DNA from: Promethearchaeota archaeon
GTDB taxonomy: Archaea > Asgardarchaeota > Lokiarchaeia > Sigyniarchaeales > SOKP01
DNA: 64,000 nucleotides
Direction of reading: 5' to 3'
Assembly (NCBI GenBank): GCA_030599585.1
Contig: JAUVNS010000002.1
Coordinates: 64,001 to 128,000 of the forward strand
In this document: one piece after another, positions 1 to 10,450 of the stretch
How the letters are laid out: each line of letters begins with the position of its first letter
Numbering within the stretch: the stretch's first letter is position 1
Notes under the pieces: generated by a model
Databases searched by the model: none
The model's input: the letters and a program-made list of their open reading frames with translations, nothing else
Told to the model about the DNA's origin: nothing
Position numbers and translations under genes: made by a program

Positions 1-1
1 T

Positions 2-127
2 AAAGAAGGAATGAAGTATGCTAAAGTAAAGGGATTCAGCGGTTTCACGGAATGCTCGAGCAAGACGGGAGAAAATGTGGAAAAATCGTTTGAACAATTA
101 ACAAGAATGATGTTAAGTAGATCTTGA
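2..127 (+). CDS. Rab/Ras-like small GTPase, 3' end (partial at window edge)
   Basis: Not in the ORF track. Frame from nt 2 reads KEGMKYAKVKGFSGFTECSSKTGENVEKSFEQLTRMMLSRS*, matching the G5 motif (ExSAK-like) plus terminal helix (TGENVExxF). Confidence 0.85.
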   Translation, partial: KEGMKYAKVKGFSGFTECSSKTGENVEKSFEQLTRMMLSRS

Positions 128-156
128 TTCATATAAATAAAAATAGGATTTTTATA

Positions 157-1503
157 TTATTTAATTTTATATTGGCTTTTTAGGAAATTGGTGATGTAGT
201 CTTTAACTTTATTTCGGTCGGGTAAACTTGCTACCATGCCGTAAATAGCAGCGTCTCCGTCTGAAGATGCCTCTGGATGCTCTTTAATCTCTTTAACAGC
301 TTCCTTAAGATCCTTCAAGAAGGTCTCTACAATACTAGCGTGGTGAGGATTAACCATCATGTGTAAAGCGTTTGGAAATTGAATTCGGTCTAAATGCCAC
401 CCTTTCTTATCCATAATATCTCCTAAATTATAGATGTCCACTGTGTCGGATGTAAAGCAAAAAACGCTCATAACCGGGTCTCCTATAATATATAGTCCAG
501 AGATTTGATTAATTCCATCAATTAATTCTTTAGTAGCCTTCATGACGACTTTAGCCAATTGTAGATAACCATCGTTTCCTAATACCTTCATTGAAGCCCA
601 CGCAGCAGCAATTGGCCCACCAGGCCGAGTACCTCTCATAGAAGGGGATATGTAAATGCCACCTGACCAGTCAGTATAGACTGAAAATTGATGCTTCCAC
701 ACTCTTTCTCTGCGATACATTATTGTAGAAGCACCTTTTGCACCATACCCATATTTATGGACGTCTGCCGAAATAGAGGTTACTCCTGGTACTGAAAAAT
801 CAAAATCCGGAACATTATTACCAAGCATCTTCACAAAGGGAAGCATAAAACCTCCAAGACATGCATCAACATGCATCCCTATCCCTCTATCTTTTGCGAT
901 ACTCGCGAGTTCTGAGATGGGATCTACTACACCTCTAGGAAAATCACACGCAGAACCGACCATCATTATAGTGTTCTCGGTCAATGCGTTTTCCATAGCT
1001 TTTACATCTGCCCGGTGAGTTACTTTATCCACGGGTACTTTAACTATTTTTACTCCAAAATAATCAGCTGCTTTGTCAAAGGATGGATGTGCTGAACTCG
1101 GGACAACCATTTCAGGTTCTTTGATATGGGGAAATTTATCCCGTGCCCAATCTCTATAGGTTTTTACTGCCATTAGGAGACTTTCCGTTCCACCCGATGT
1201 CATACTTCCACAACACCTATTATCTCCTCCAAACAAGTCAACTGCCATGGAAATCACTTCCGTTTCAAACTTCTTTAGACTGGGAAAAGCCATGGGACTA
1301 AGGGCGTTCTTTGAAAAAAACATAGCAGAAGCTTTTTTAAGCATTTCTGTATGTTTATCTGAAGCGTGATATACAAGGCTCCAAACCTTTCCATCCTTCC
1401 AATTTATGTCGTCTTCCCGTATTACTTCCATATTTTTGAGAATATCTTCTTCAGAAATTCCATTTTCTGGTAATACTACTTTAGGTCTAGCCATTTTTTC
1501 CAC
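157..1503 (-). CDS. PLP-dependent group II decarboxylase family, sphingosine-1-phosphate lyase-like
   Basis: Motifs TSGGTES, AHPSFDKAA, HVDACLGGF, SISADVHKYGY (PLP lysine), plus C-terminal AAIYGM typical of S1P lyases. Confidence 0.8.
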   Translation of the reverse strand: MEKMARPKVVLPENGISEEDILKNMEVIREDDINWKDGKVWSLVYHASDKHTEMLKKASAMFFSKNALSPMAFPSLKKFETEVISMAVDLFGGDNRCCGSMTSGGTESLLMAVKTYRDWARDKFPHIKEPEMVVPSSAHPSFDKAADYFGVKIVKVPVDKVTHRADVKAMENALTENTIMMVGSACDFPRGVVDPISELASIAKDRGIGMHVDACLGGFMLPFVKMLGNNVPDFDFSVPGVTSISADVHKYGYGAKGASTIMYRRERVWKHQFSVYTDWSGGIYISPSMRGTRPGGPIAAAWASMKVLGNDGYLQLAKVVMKATKELIDGINQISGLYIIGDPVMSVFCFTSDTVDIYNLGDIMDKKGWHLDRIQFPNALHMMVNPHHASIVETFLKDLKEAVKEIKEHPEASSDGDAAIYGMVASLPDRNKVKDYITNFLKSQYKIK

Positions 1504-1608
1504 TAAATTAAATTTGATATTTGAATATCTAAATTAATTGTTACATATTAAATAAACTTGAAATCCTTAAAATGAGATAAAACGTTCAAAAATAAGACTC
1601 TTATAGTA

Positions 1609-1779
1609 TTAATGCAATACCTTAGAGGTAGATTTAAGTTTATTTAATCCAGATTGATATTCCGAACACATTTTGTAATTAGGAAAGTCGCAAACTTCTT
1701 TTGCTTTGGGTAGGTGGCACGAACGAATAAATGGGCACGATAGTAACGAGTCTTCCAATGGCTTGATTTCTGTATTCAT
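1609..1779 (-). CDS. Small Cys4 protein of unknown function (~56 aa)
   Basis: GAGGAGG Shine-Dalgarno precedes the ATG at 1779; four Cys (CPFIRSC...C...C). Confidence 0.55.
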   Translation of the reverse strand: MNTEIKPLEDSLLSCPFIRSCHLPKAKEVCDFPNYKMCSEYQSGLNKLKSTSKVLH

Positions 1780-1957
1780 TTTGTGCCTCCTCATTTGGAA
1801 AAAATAACCTTTCTTTTCCGATAATAATTATCAATTGGAGATTATTAAATGTAACTATTATAACCTCTAAATTCCTCAAACGAATTATCATTTGTATAGT
1901 CGTTTGTTTATACAAAGAGAAAAAGCTGTGAAATCCTTAATGTGTTGGTGTTTTTCT

Positions 1958-3160
1958 TTATTTCCTCATATCAAGGAAACCGCCGGATCTCATCAATTTG
2001 CACGGTTTTAAATATTTTCTTCCCGTTAATTCTGCGAGCTCGTCCAATTTCACAACCAGTTGTTTGTAATTCTTTTTACCCATAGCAAAGGGACCTGGTA
2101 AATGAAAACCAGTTGATACCGCTTTATCAATCGTTTTATAATTAGTAACACAGCCTTCTTCTAAGATTCTACAACCTTCATTTAATTGGATTGCTATTAG
2201 AAGTTCAATATCCACCAGATTCGCTCTTTTTGAGCGATCTATACTAGGTTCCGTATTTTGAGACCAATCATAGAAGCCCCGGCCGGTCTTTTTTCCCAGG
2301 TTGTTTTCATTAATAAGTTTCGTAAACAGCTCGTGGGGGGCAAAGTCTGGCGAGAGAGTTTCTTCAAAGTATTTCATCGCGTTAAAAACAGTGTCAATGC
2401 CTATAGTGTCACATAAATAAAAAATACCATCAGGCATAAAATCAATTACGTCCGCATCGAGTTGCTCAAAGGGGATATTTCTAGCAATAGCTTGTTCAAT
2501 AAGCAAATTTATATATATTTCAGTAGAGCTTATAATTCTATTTACGATGAATCCAGGAGATTCTCTTTGGAGTTCTATAAGCAATCTTTTTCCTTCTAAG
2601 CTTGGTAACTTATGGCCAACTTCTGTCGCAATTTTTAGAGTATCTTCTGAAGTTTTTTTTCCTTTCGTAATTTCGATTAATTTATTTTCGAGAGGGGCTA
2701 CAAAAAAATGCATTCCGATGACCTTTTCAGGACGCCCCGACGCATTTCCAATTTCTGTAATACTCATAGTTGAGGAATTAGTAGCGAAAATTGTATGTTC
2801 GGGACAATATTGCCCTAATTTTTTAAATACTTCTTTTTTAATACTCATGACTTCAGGAACAGCTTCTATAACAAAGTCTGTATTTTCAACAGCGTTCTGT
2901 AGGTTTTCTTCTTTTACCAACCTTTTTACGAGGATTTCAGTTGTAATATTATCGTCTAATTGCCCTTCTTTTTCAAGAACTTTTAAGCCAGTTTTGGGAT
3001 CGTTTATAATACTGTCTACTCCCTTATCGATCAATTCCATACTAAGATCGTTAAGGATCACTTTGCTAAAACCAGCCATCAGCGCGACTTGGGCGATAGC
3101 GTGGCCTTGTATTCCTGTTCCTATTATTGTAATGCTTTTTATTTCAGAAATATCTTGCAC
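1958..3160 (-). CDS. 3-hydroxyacyl-CoA dehydrogenase
   Basis: GTGIQG Rossmann motif, IEAVPE, ATNSST, GMHFF, PGFIVNR, LGKKTGRGFY. Confidence 0.92.
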   Translation of the reverse strand: MQDISEIKSITIIGTGIQGHAIAQVALMAGFSKVILNDLSMELIDKGVDSIINDPKTGLKVLEKEGQLDDNITTEILVKRLVKEENLQNAVENTDFVIEAVPEVMSIKKEVFKKLGQYCPEHTIFATNSSTMSITEIGNASGRPEKVIGMHFFVAPLENKLIEITKGKKTSEDTLKIATEVGHKLPSLEGKRLLIELQRESPGFIVNRIISSTEIYINLLIEQAIARNIPFEQLDADVIDFMPDGIFYLCDTIGIDTVFNAMKYFEETLSPDFAPHELFTKLINENNLGKKTGRGFYDWSQNTEPSIDRSKRANLVDIELLIAIQLNEGCRILEEGCVTNYKTIDKAVSTGFHLPGPFAMGKKNYKQLVVKLDELAELTGRKYLKPCKLMRSGGFLDMRK

Positions 3161-3420
3161 TTGAAATCAACTATTAAATTATCTTTATAGTTTAAGAGAA
3201 TTCACTGAATATTAAATTATTCGCTCTCTATCTTAATCTCAAATCCATAAACTGAAAAGCTAATGAGTCTCGAAATTTTACCTTATTAATAACATAAGAC
3301 TCAAATAAATAAATCACGAGTTCCTATTAAGATATTAAAAAGTATTTTAAATCACTTAAGAAAGAGATTTAATGCATATTTTCTCTTAGATTGAGCTTAA
3401 CCATATAGAAAGGATGATAT

Positions 3421-4518
3421 GTGTCACAAGAAAAAAAAAATAGCGACAATAGCATGAGAAAGTTAGAATTTAAAAATCAGACGGTTTTTTTCAAATCGTC
3501 TGAACACATGGCTGAATTGGAGGACGAATCGATTGATGTCGTTATTACATCTCCACCATATAACCGAGGAAAAACATATTCTTCAGATAATGGTGAAATT
3601 CATGATGACAAGATGGAAGATGCTGAATACTACTCTTTCTTAACTACCATCTGGTCTGAGTGCTATAGAGTAGCAAAAAAAAGTGCAGTTTTCTTTCTCA
3701 ATATTGGTGATTCCGCAGGAGATCAAGGGAAATCTGAAAAAGTCGCTAAGTCTGCTGAATACGCATCCTGGAAGCGAATTCAAGATATTATCTGGGTTAA
3801 ATCGTTCCTTGGAAAAGGGCACTACACCCCATCAGGAGGGAATCGAAGGTTAAATAATCTCTGGGAGCATATTTTCCTCTTTGCAAAAAATACTAAAGAA
3901 TATAAAATTGACCCAAAAGCAATAGGTATTCCTTACACAGATAAATCCAATATCGGAAGATATTCTGATACAGATTTAAGAGATCCCGGCAATGTGTGGT
4001 TGATTCCATACACGAAGACTACGGGAGCAACGATTAAGAAAGGACACGAGGCGCCATTTCCAATAGGTCTTCCATATAAATGTATTAAGATGGTTCCAAA
4101 TGTAAAAACAGTATTAGACCCCTTTGGGGGGACTTGCTCAACTTTAGCAGCTTGTCTAAAATTAGGAGTAAAGGGGTATGCTTACGACAAATATCCCCGC
4201 GTTGAGGTTATAAAATTGAGAATTCTCGAAGGAAAAAACTTTCACGAAATTGAAGAAAATCTGATACCTCATTTAGAGTTGTCCCTAAGATTATTAAATG
4301 ATTTGTTACCAGACGCTTCAATAGTAATACCTGTTATAAAGTCTAAAGCGGAATTTAATAATTTTTACATACTTAACGAAGTCTTAAATAATCTAAATAT
4401 TGACAATTCGTTTAAGAGTAGCCTAGAAAAAAGGATAGATCATTTTAAAGAGTCTTTACATGAAAAAAAGGAGCAAGAAATTAAGTTTCGTCAAACAAAA
4501 TTAGATTTTGAGTCGTAA
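3421..4518 (+). CDS. N4-cytosine/N6-adenine DNA methyltransferase, beta-class order, with C-terminal extension
   Basis: ITSPPY (motif IV) precedes HEAPFP and LDPFGG (motif I). Confidence 0.88.
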   Translation: MSQEKKNSDNSMRKLEFKNQTVFFKSSEHMAELEDESIDVVITSPPYNRGKTYSSDNGEIHDDKMEDAEYYSFLTTIWSECYRVAKKSAVFFLNIGDSAGDQGKSEKVAKSAEYASWKRIQDIIWVKSFLGKGHYTPSGGNRRLNNLWEHIFLFAKNTKEYKIDPKAIGIPYTDKSNIGRYSDTDLRDPGNVWLIPYTKTTGATIKKGHEAPFPIGLPYKCIKMVPNVKTVLDPFGGTCSTLAACLKLGVKGYAYDKYPRVEVIKLRILEGKNFHEIEENLIPHLELSLRLLNDLLPDASIVIPVIKSKAEFNNFYILNEVLNNLNIDNSFKSSLEKRIDHFKESLHEKKEQEIKFRQTKLDFES

Positions 4519-4640
4519 GTGTTGGTTGGTTTAATTCTTACTTATCATATTTATCTTTTAAAATTATTATTTTTTAATACGGTTAATTTTTAATAACCTT
4601 ATGAGGCTTTCTTTTAATGAAAAATAATCATTAAGTATAA

Positions 4641-5114
4641 TTGGGTCAAATTTACGAAATAACCATGGCACAAAAAATTATTCCACCTCAAGAAAAACCT
4701 ATAGACGAGAAGGGATACTTTGAAATTTTAAGTAAAGCTGTTTTTAACGCGGGATTCTCATATCAAGTGGTGAGAACAAAATGGGAAGGTATCAAAGAAG
4801 TTTTTAACGAATTCCACCCAGAAATTATCTCGAAGTGGACAATAGATGAGGTTTCAGATGCGTTGGAATCTCCTAAAATAATACGAAATTCAAGGAAAGT
4901 AAAAGCTATAGTATCTAACGCACAAATCTTTCTTGAGTTAGTTAGAAAACACCGTTCCTTTGAGAATTACTTGGATTCCTTTCGAAACAAATGTTACGAA
5001 GAAAAGCAGCAAATTATAGCAAAACAATTTAAGTGGCTGGGACCAACTGGAGCTCACTTTTTCCTCTGGTCAATCGGAGAGGATGCTCCTCCTTGCGAAG
5101 CAATGATTAAGTAA
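4641..5114 (+). CDS. DNA-3-methyladenine glycosylase I (Tag)-like protein
   Basis: AVFNAGFSY, IIRNSRKVKAIVSNA, FKWLGPTGAHFFL. Confidence 0.8.
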   Translation: MGQIYEITMAQKIIPPQEKPIDEKGYFEILSKAVFNAGFSYQVVRTKWEGIKEVFNEFHPEIISKWTIDEVSDALESPKIIRNSRKVKAIVSNAQIFLELVRKHRSFENYLDSFRNKCYEEKQQIIAKQFKWLGPTGAHFFLWSIGEDAPPCEAMIK

Positions 5115-5125
5115 ACAATTATTAA

Positions 5126-6667
5126 TTATTTTTCAGTTGATTCTTTAAATTCTGGAATTAAAACGATAAAATTACTACCTTCTAAGTATTCTCCTTCAAT
5201 TCGATCTTCAACCCAAATTTTTCCGTTATATAATTTAATAATCTTAGTAATCAACGATAAGCCAATCCCCATCCCTTTTTCTCCTTTTAATTCCTTAAAA
5301 CCTTCCAAAAAGATTTTTTCTTTTTTAGAATCATGAACACCAATTCCATTGTCTTTGAATTCTAACTTTACATAACTTAACCCATTTAATTTTGCTTTAG
5401 AAACAATAATATTTATCTCTGGAACCTCATTATTGTTGTACTTAATGGCGTTGAAAAGAATATTTTCGAAAACATCTGCTAATAGCTCGTTAGCAATAAC
5501 AAATATTTGATCTTTGCTTCTTTCAACATTAATTTTAATTAATTTGCGGAGGTTACTTTCTTTTGCATATTTTACCGCTTTTAATAAATAGTCTAAGAGA
5601 TCCGTACGATCTAAATCGATTTTTTCTTTATCCAGCTCAGAAAGCTTTTGTATGCAAGAGATCAAGCTTTTTCCTCTATTTAATTGGTCATCGATGGTTT
5701 GAAATAGAGATTCTAGCATCTCAGAATCAAGTTTAGCTTGAGTTTTTTTTTTAATGTTAAATAATTGAAACGACATTGAAATAACATGAATAATATTACT
5801 AATGTCGTGGGTGAACAAATCCTTGTAAAATGTGGCTCTGTTATATGCATTCTCGTATTGCTTTTCAGTCTTTCTTAAGTTTTCTTCTGTCATTTGTAGC
5901 TTTTCTATAAGTTGCTTTCTTTTAGGAAGAATAACAAGTCTTGTCGAGAAGGGTTTCTTTATGAATTGTGTTAGGCTTCTTTTATGGAGCACCATAAAAG
6001 CGAGGAGAAAAGGGCTAAAACCTAAGCCCAGAATCAATTTCCCTGCAATGTTTCCTACAATAAATTGTCCAAATACAGGTTCAAAGAATGACACGATGAA
6101 AGGAAATAGAAATCCATCTAAACAAAGGATTCCTATATAAGATACGATATATAGCGCAATAACTAAAGAGAGCCGCTTAAATTTTTCTTTTATTTTCTCT
6201 AATATATAAAACAGAGCAAGAATTTCAATTACAAATACGACAGAGCTTACTATATTAATCGTAATTGTAGTATTGAAAATCCCTGGTGAAACTGAGAAGA
6301 GATTTACCGTAGTAGGAGAGCTTAAAACTGCTACTAAGAGTTGATAAAAGAAAAATAGAAAAAAGTTAAAAAATACTTGAATACTAATCAAATTCCTAAC
6401 TACAGTCGGTTCCTGGGAGGCTATTCCTAAAAAGAATGTGATTAAAATAATCGAAGAGTAAGCAATGTTTCCTCCGGTGATTAGCAAGTCCTCAGACAAT
6501 TTAATTGAATAAAGAACTGCAAATAACTGAGTGAACACGTATAAGAATCCGAAATAAAAATAAAAGAAAGCAGTTGATTTAAATGCTCGAAAAATCGAAA
6601 CGATTAATATAGGTGAAAGACCGTACAATAATAAGTGCAAAATTAAGAATACAAGAGATTCCACCAC
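5126..6667 (-). CDS. Membrane sensor histidine kinase with multi-TM N-terminal domain
   Basis: About 7 hydrophobic segments; H-box FTHDISN; N-box ENILFNAIKY; G1 DNGIG; G2 GMGIGL. Confidence 0.9.
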   Translation of the reverse strand: MVESLVFLILHLLLYGLSPILIVSIFRAFKSTAFFYFYFGFLYVFTQLFAVLYSIKLSEDLLITGGNIAYSSIILITFFLGIASQEPTVVRNLISIQVFFNFFLFFFYQLLVAVLSSPTTVNLFSVSPGIFNTTITINIVSSVVFVIEILALFYILEKIKEKFKRLSLVIALYIVSYIGILCLDGFLFPFIVSFFEPVFGQFIVGNIAGKLILGLGFSPFLLAFMVLHKRSLTQFIKKPFSTRLVILPKRKQLIEKLQMTEENLRKTEKQYENAYNRATFYKDLFTHDISNIIHVISMSFQLFNIKKKTQAKLDSEMLESLFQTIDDQLNRGKSLISCIQKLSELDKEKIDLDRTDLLDYLLKAVKYAKESNLRKLIKINVERSKDQIFVIANELLADVFENILFNAIKYNNNEVPEINIIVSKAKLNGLSYVKLEFKDNGIGVHDSKKEKIFLEGFKELKGEKGMGIGLSLITKIIKLYNGKIWVEDRIEGEYLEGSNFIVLIPEFKESTEK

Positions 6668-6882
6668 TTAGCACCTTTATTTTAAAAATTTAAATTTATA
6701 TCACATACAAACAATATGGTTTGAAAATAGAATAAATTAATCTTTTAAAAATATCTTTTTTATAGATAATAATCTGATATTTTTTTGATTAAGAAAGAGA
6801 GAAGCTTTTATAGACTCACGTTAATCTATAAAAACTATAAAATATACCAAGAATTAAATTAAAAAAAAGTGATTTTAAACTT

Positions 6883-7476
6883 ATGGCAGGGCTTACATAT
6901 ACTACGGCTGAATTTAACACAATAGTTACGATGTTAGGGTGCCTATGTGCTACAGTGCAAGCAGCAACGGGATATTATGCTGGCTACAAGAAGAAAAAAG
7001 TATCGTTACTAAAAACAAACGACATATTATTTAGGTCTCATAGAGCCTTTGGTGGATTTGCGACAACATTATACTTTTTGGGTTTGTTTGCTGGCATCAC
7101 AGGGTTTATTGGCGCTATTTTTTTCGGAGAACCGCCTTTTGAAATACTTGATTTTAGTTTTAACTTTCACGTATGGCCCAGCTTTGCGATTGCAGTCATT
7201 GTTATATGGAAGACTTATGTATCATACTTCAGAAAACCACTAATTTACAAGCAGTGTAAATGGTTAGGGGTTGCTACTTTTATCGCGTGGTCTTATAATT
7301 GGATTAGTTCAGCTTTTTCATATTATTTGCGAACTTTACCATCAAATCCACAGCATCCTCCTCCTACGTATTTACTACCTTTTGAATTATCTTGGCTTCA
7401 AATTATTCTCCCATTTATTATAGGAGCAGTAATAGGGTTCTTTATATTAAAAGCAGCTGATAAAAAAGAAAGGTAA
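6883..7476 (+). CDS. Integral membrane protein, possibly heme-b binding (cytochrome b561-like)
   Basis: About 5 TM helices with His at helix starts (SHRAFG, FHVWPS). The heme role is speculative. Confidence 0.6.
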   Translation: MAGLTYTTAEFNTIVTMLGCLCATVQAATGYYAGYKKKKVSLLKTNDILFRSHRAFGGFATTLYFLGLFAGITGFIGAIFFGEPPFEILDFSFNFHVWPSFAIAVIVIWKTYVSYFRKPLIYKQCKWLGVATFIAWSYNWISSAFSYYLRTLPSNPQHPPPTYLLPFELSWLQIILPFIIGAVIGFFILKAADKKER

Positions 7477-7585
7477 CTGTAGAATACATTAAAAAAGCTC
7501 TTAAGATGTATAGTAAGGGAATTTTTACATTATAAGAAAAATGTTTTTATAATTAACTTTAGAGTTATAATGTAAAACATGAGAT

Positions 7586-7963
7586 GTGTATTTAATGCCG
7601 AGATTAGTGCATTTTGAAATGAATGTAAAGGATGTCCATAAGGCAATATCTTTCTATGAAGATGTATTTAGTTGGAAGTTTCAAAAATGGGATGGTCCTA
7701 TGGATTATTGGCTCATTATGACTGGTGACGAAAACGAACCAGGAATCGATGGAGGGTTAGGTTACGCAGAAGAAGGCTTCCCAAAAATGGTGAACACTAT
7801 TGATGTAGATGATATTGACGCCATAATCAAAAAAATTGAAGCTAAAGGTGGTGAAATCGTGAGACCAAAGCACGCTGTTCCCGGTGTGGGCTGGTTAGCT
7901 TACTTTAAAGATTCTGAGGGTGTTATGTCCGGAATTATGCAGAACGATCCTAGAGCTAAATAA
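7586..7963 (+). CDS. VOC/glyoxalase family protein
   Basis: VHFEM...FYEDVFSW, PGIDGG, VPGVGWLAYFKDSEG. The likely start is MPRL. Confidence 0.9.
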   Translation: MYLMPRLVHFEMNVKDVHKAISFYEDVFSWKFQKWDGPMDYWLIMTGDENEPGIDGGLGYAEEGFPKMVNTIDVDDIDAIIKKIEAKGGEIVRPKHAVPGVGWLAYFKDSEGVMSGIMQNDPRAK

Positions 7964-7970
7964 ATTTTTT

Positions 7971-9620
7971 TTATTTTATACCAAGCCTTTTTTTTTCTAG
8001 TTCGACCAGTTCTCTTCTTAAAATTTTTCCAGAGCCAGATTTTGGAATTTCGTTGACGAACTCAACCTCTCGAATCTTTTTATAAGCAGAAATCCTTTCA
8101 GCAACCCATTCTATAATTTCTTGCTCAGACACTTTTCCTATAGACTCTGGTTTTAAAATGATAAAAGCTTTCGGAATTTCACCAATATCTAGCTCTATTG
8201 AAGGCTTACCTATAACTGCAGCGTCAGAAACATGAGGATTGTTAAAGAGCATATCTTCAAGTTCTGCTGGAGCGATACTCCAGCCTTTATATTTAATCAT
8301 TTCTTTTATCCGATCAAGAAGGTGTTCGAATTCTTCTTCGTCTATGTATGCCATATCGCCTGTTCTTAACCATTTTTCTCCGGTTTTAGGATCTGTCCAA
8401 AATGCACTTTCGGTAGCCTCTGATCGGTTCCAATAGCCTTTCATAACTTGAGGTCCCTTTATGACTAGCTCACCAACATCTCCGCGTTTAGGTAGTTCTT
8501 CGCCTGTTTCTAAGTCAATAATCTTATGAAAAGTATCTGGGAGTAAAGTTCCTTGGGATTCCATCTTAGGATGGGACATAGGATTAACGGCAACTACAGG
8601 AGACGCTTCGGTTAATCCCCATCCGTGTTGGATGGTTACATTTTTAGCGTTACAATTCTTTTTTGCTAATGCATAAAACCTATCAAGGAGTTCGAGTGGG
8701 ATAGGGGCTCCACCATTATTAACAATTTTAAGATCCTCCCAATCGTATCCTTTAACTCCTGGCTCTTCGAGGTGTCTAACTACTGCGAGAAATATTGGGG
8801 GCACACATAAGCTGAATGTAACTCTATATTTTTCTACCAACTTACAAAACTCCTTCACATCGAATCGAGGTGTCACAACCTGTGATGCACCTAACCAAAT
8901 CGCTTGGTTCATACAAACATTAAGGCCATAGATATGGTAAAGCGGGAGCACAGTCATGGCGATGTCAAAATCGCTTAACTCGAACATTTGAGATGCTTGG
9001 ACTACATTTGACACCATATTATAGTGAGTAAGCATTGTGCCTTTAGGTAAACCGGTTGTTCCACTTGTGTATACCAGCGCAGCAAGATCTTCTTTAGGAT
9101 TGAATACATATTCTGGAGGATCTGATTTTGTACTTTTCATTAGGACCGACCATCCAATGGTCCCCTCCGGCATTTTAAGATTCCCTTTAATCTCTTCTGA
9201 TTCGATTATTATTATTGTTTTAAGGCTTGTTTTATCTTTGATTGCAGCTACAATTGGGTATAATGGCTGGAAAACAACTATAGTTTCCGCTCCAGAGTCA
9301 ATAGCTTCGTATTTGACCTCAGTTTCTTTAAATAAGGGATTCATAGGGACCATTATTGCCCCTGCTTTCTCTAACCCATAAAACGCTATTTCCCACTGGA
9401 TTGAATTGGGGATATAAAGGGCTACTCTATCGCCCTTTTTCACGCCTAAGTTTTTCAATGCTGTAGCGAAGATATCTACTTGCTCTTTAAACTGTTTGAA
9501 AGTCATTTCCATAGGGTAAAGAAAAGCTAATTTGTCAGGAAATCTTTCAGCAGTATCCTCTAAAACATTATGGATAGGAATTATGGGATAGTAAAGGTGT
9601 CCTCTTTTGAATTTAACCAA
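7971..9620 (-). CDS. Long-chain fatty-acid--CoA ligase (ANL superfamily)
   Basis: YTSGTTGLPKG, GWGLTEASP, WLRTGD, PKSGSGKILR. Confidence 0.9.
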   Translation of the reverse strand: MVKFKRGHLYYPIIPIHNVLEDTAERFPDKLAFLYPMEMTFKQFKEQVDIFATALKNLGVKKGDRVALYIPNSIQWEIAFYGLEKAGAIMVPMNPLFKETEVKYEAIDSGAETIVVFQPLYPIVAAIKDKTSLKTIIIIESEEIKGNLKMPEGTIGWSVLMKSTKSDPPEYVFNPKEDLAALVYTSGTTGLPKGTMLTHYNMVSNVVQASQMFELSDFDIAMTVLPLYHIYGLNVCMNQAIWLGASQVVTPRFDVKEFCKLVEKYRVTFSLCVPPIFLAVVRHLEEPGVKGYDWEDLKIVNNGGAPIPLELLDRFYALAKKNCNAKNVTIQHGWGLTEASPVVAVNPMSHPKMESQGTLLPDTFHKIIDLETGEELPKRGDVGELVIKGPQVMKGYWNRSEATESAFWTDPKTGEKWLRTGDMAYIDEEEFEHLLDRIKEMIKYKGWSIAPAELEDMLFNNPHVSDAAVIGKPSIELDIGEIPKAFIILKPESIGKVSEQEIIEWVAERISAYKKIREVEFVNEIPKSGSGKILRRELVELEKKRLGIK

Positions 9621-9868
9621 TACTAATACCTCTTTAACTTATGTAGATTAATGTTCTTAAAACTTATTCATTAAATTAGTCGTAATTTAGATTATAATGT
9701 ATTTGTTTTATTTATATTAAAATTTACTGCAATAGTGTATAGCCTTATTATATTTGAATTTAAATTCTTCCTTTTTTGAAGAAAGAAAACAGTCTGGAGC
9801 TTAATAAAGATATGTGCAAGTTTAGCATAATTGTTATTTTATTAACGCTCATCCATAGCAAACAACTT

Positions 9869-10315
9869 TTACCATTTTCTGATGTCAATAAGAGTTATTC
9901 CGTTTTTAACTTTTTCCCTTTCTTCTGCAAAATGTTTTTCTAATCCAATCTCTTTGACTCTGTTATAATTTTCAATTACAAATGGGTATCTATCTCTATG
10001 GTAGGCTGTAGATGGGCAATCTAAAAATTCTTCACATAATAAACAACTTTGTAGTTTACTAGCTTTTTCGCATTTTAATACGTCGCACCAAGGTTCTTTT
10101 ATTTGACGACATGTAGGGCATGAATCTTTGGTTAACCATTCCAATCCCTCTTGTACATCTTTAAAACTGAAGTTAACTTCATCTTCTGCCCATGTATATG
10201 AATTTTTTATTAATCTGAGGAGTTCTGAGGCTAATTGCGAGATTTTTCCATTACCATTTGGACACATCTCGCAAAATACTCCGCATACTCCATAGGAATA
10301 ATTTTCCTTAAACAT
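9869..10315 (-). CDS. Cys-rich DUF3795-like protein
   Basis: CGVFCEMCP...CPTC...C...C...CLLCEEFLDC pattern. Confidence 0.7.
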   Translation of the reverse strand: MFKENYSYGVCGVFCEMCPNGNGKISQLASELLRLIKNSYTWAEDEVNFSFKDVQEGLEWLTKDSCPTCRQIKEPWCDVLKCEKASKLQSCLLCEEFLDCPSTAYHRDRYPFVIENYNRVKEIGLEKHFAEEREKVKNGITLIDIRKW

Positions 10316-10450
10316 TTTACATCAGTTCTGTTGTGTGGATAAATCTATATGTTTTTTTCGAGATTTAAAGATTTTCACCGAGATAACGATAAGATTTAAT
10401 TTTAATATTAGACATTCGATAATGAAATTAAAAAATAATATCACAAGAAA

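Noticed and set aside
1679-1915. 78-aa ORF overlapping the small Cys4 gene
   Set aside because: The composition is intergenic-like, and the Cys4 frame has the strong Shine-Dalgarno sequence.
2547-3164. 205-aa antisense ORF and the many other short antisense or overlapping ORFs in the track (for example 5832, 9037, 22122, 35394, 56266, 57952)
   Set aside because: They are shadow frames of well-supported genes and have no motifs.
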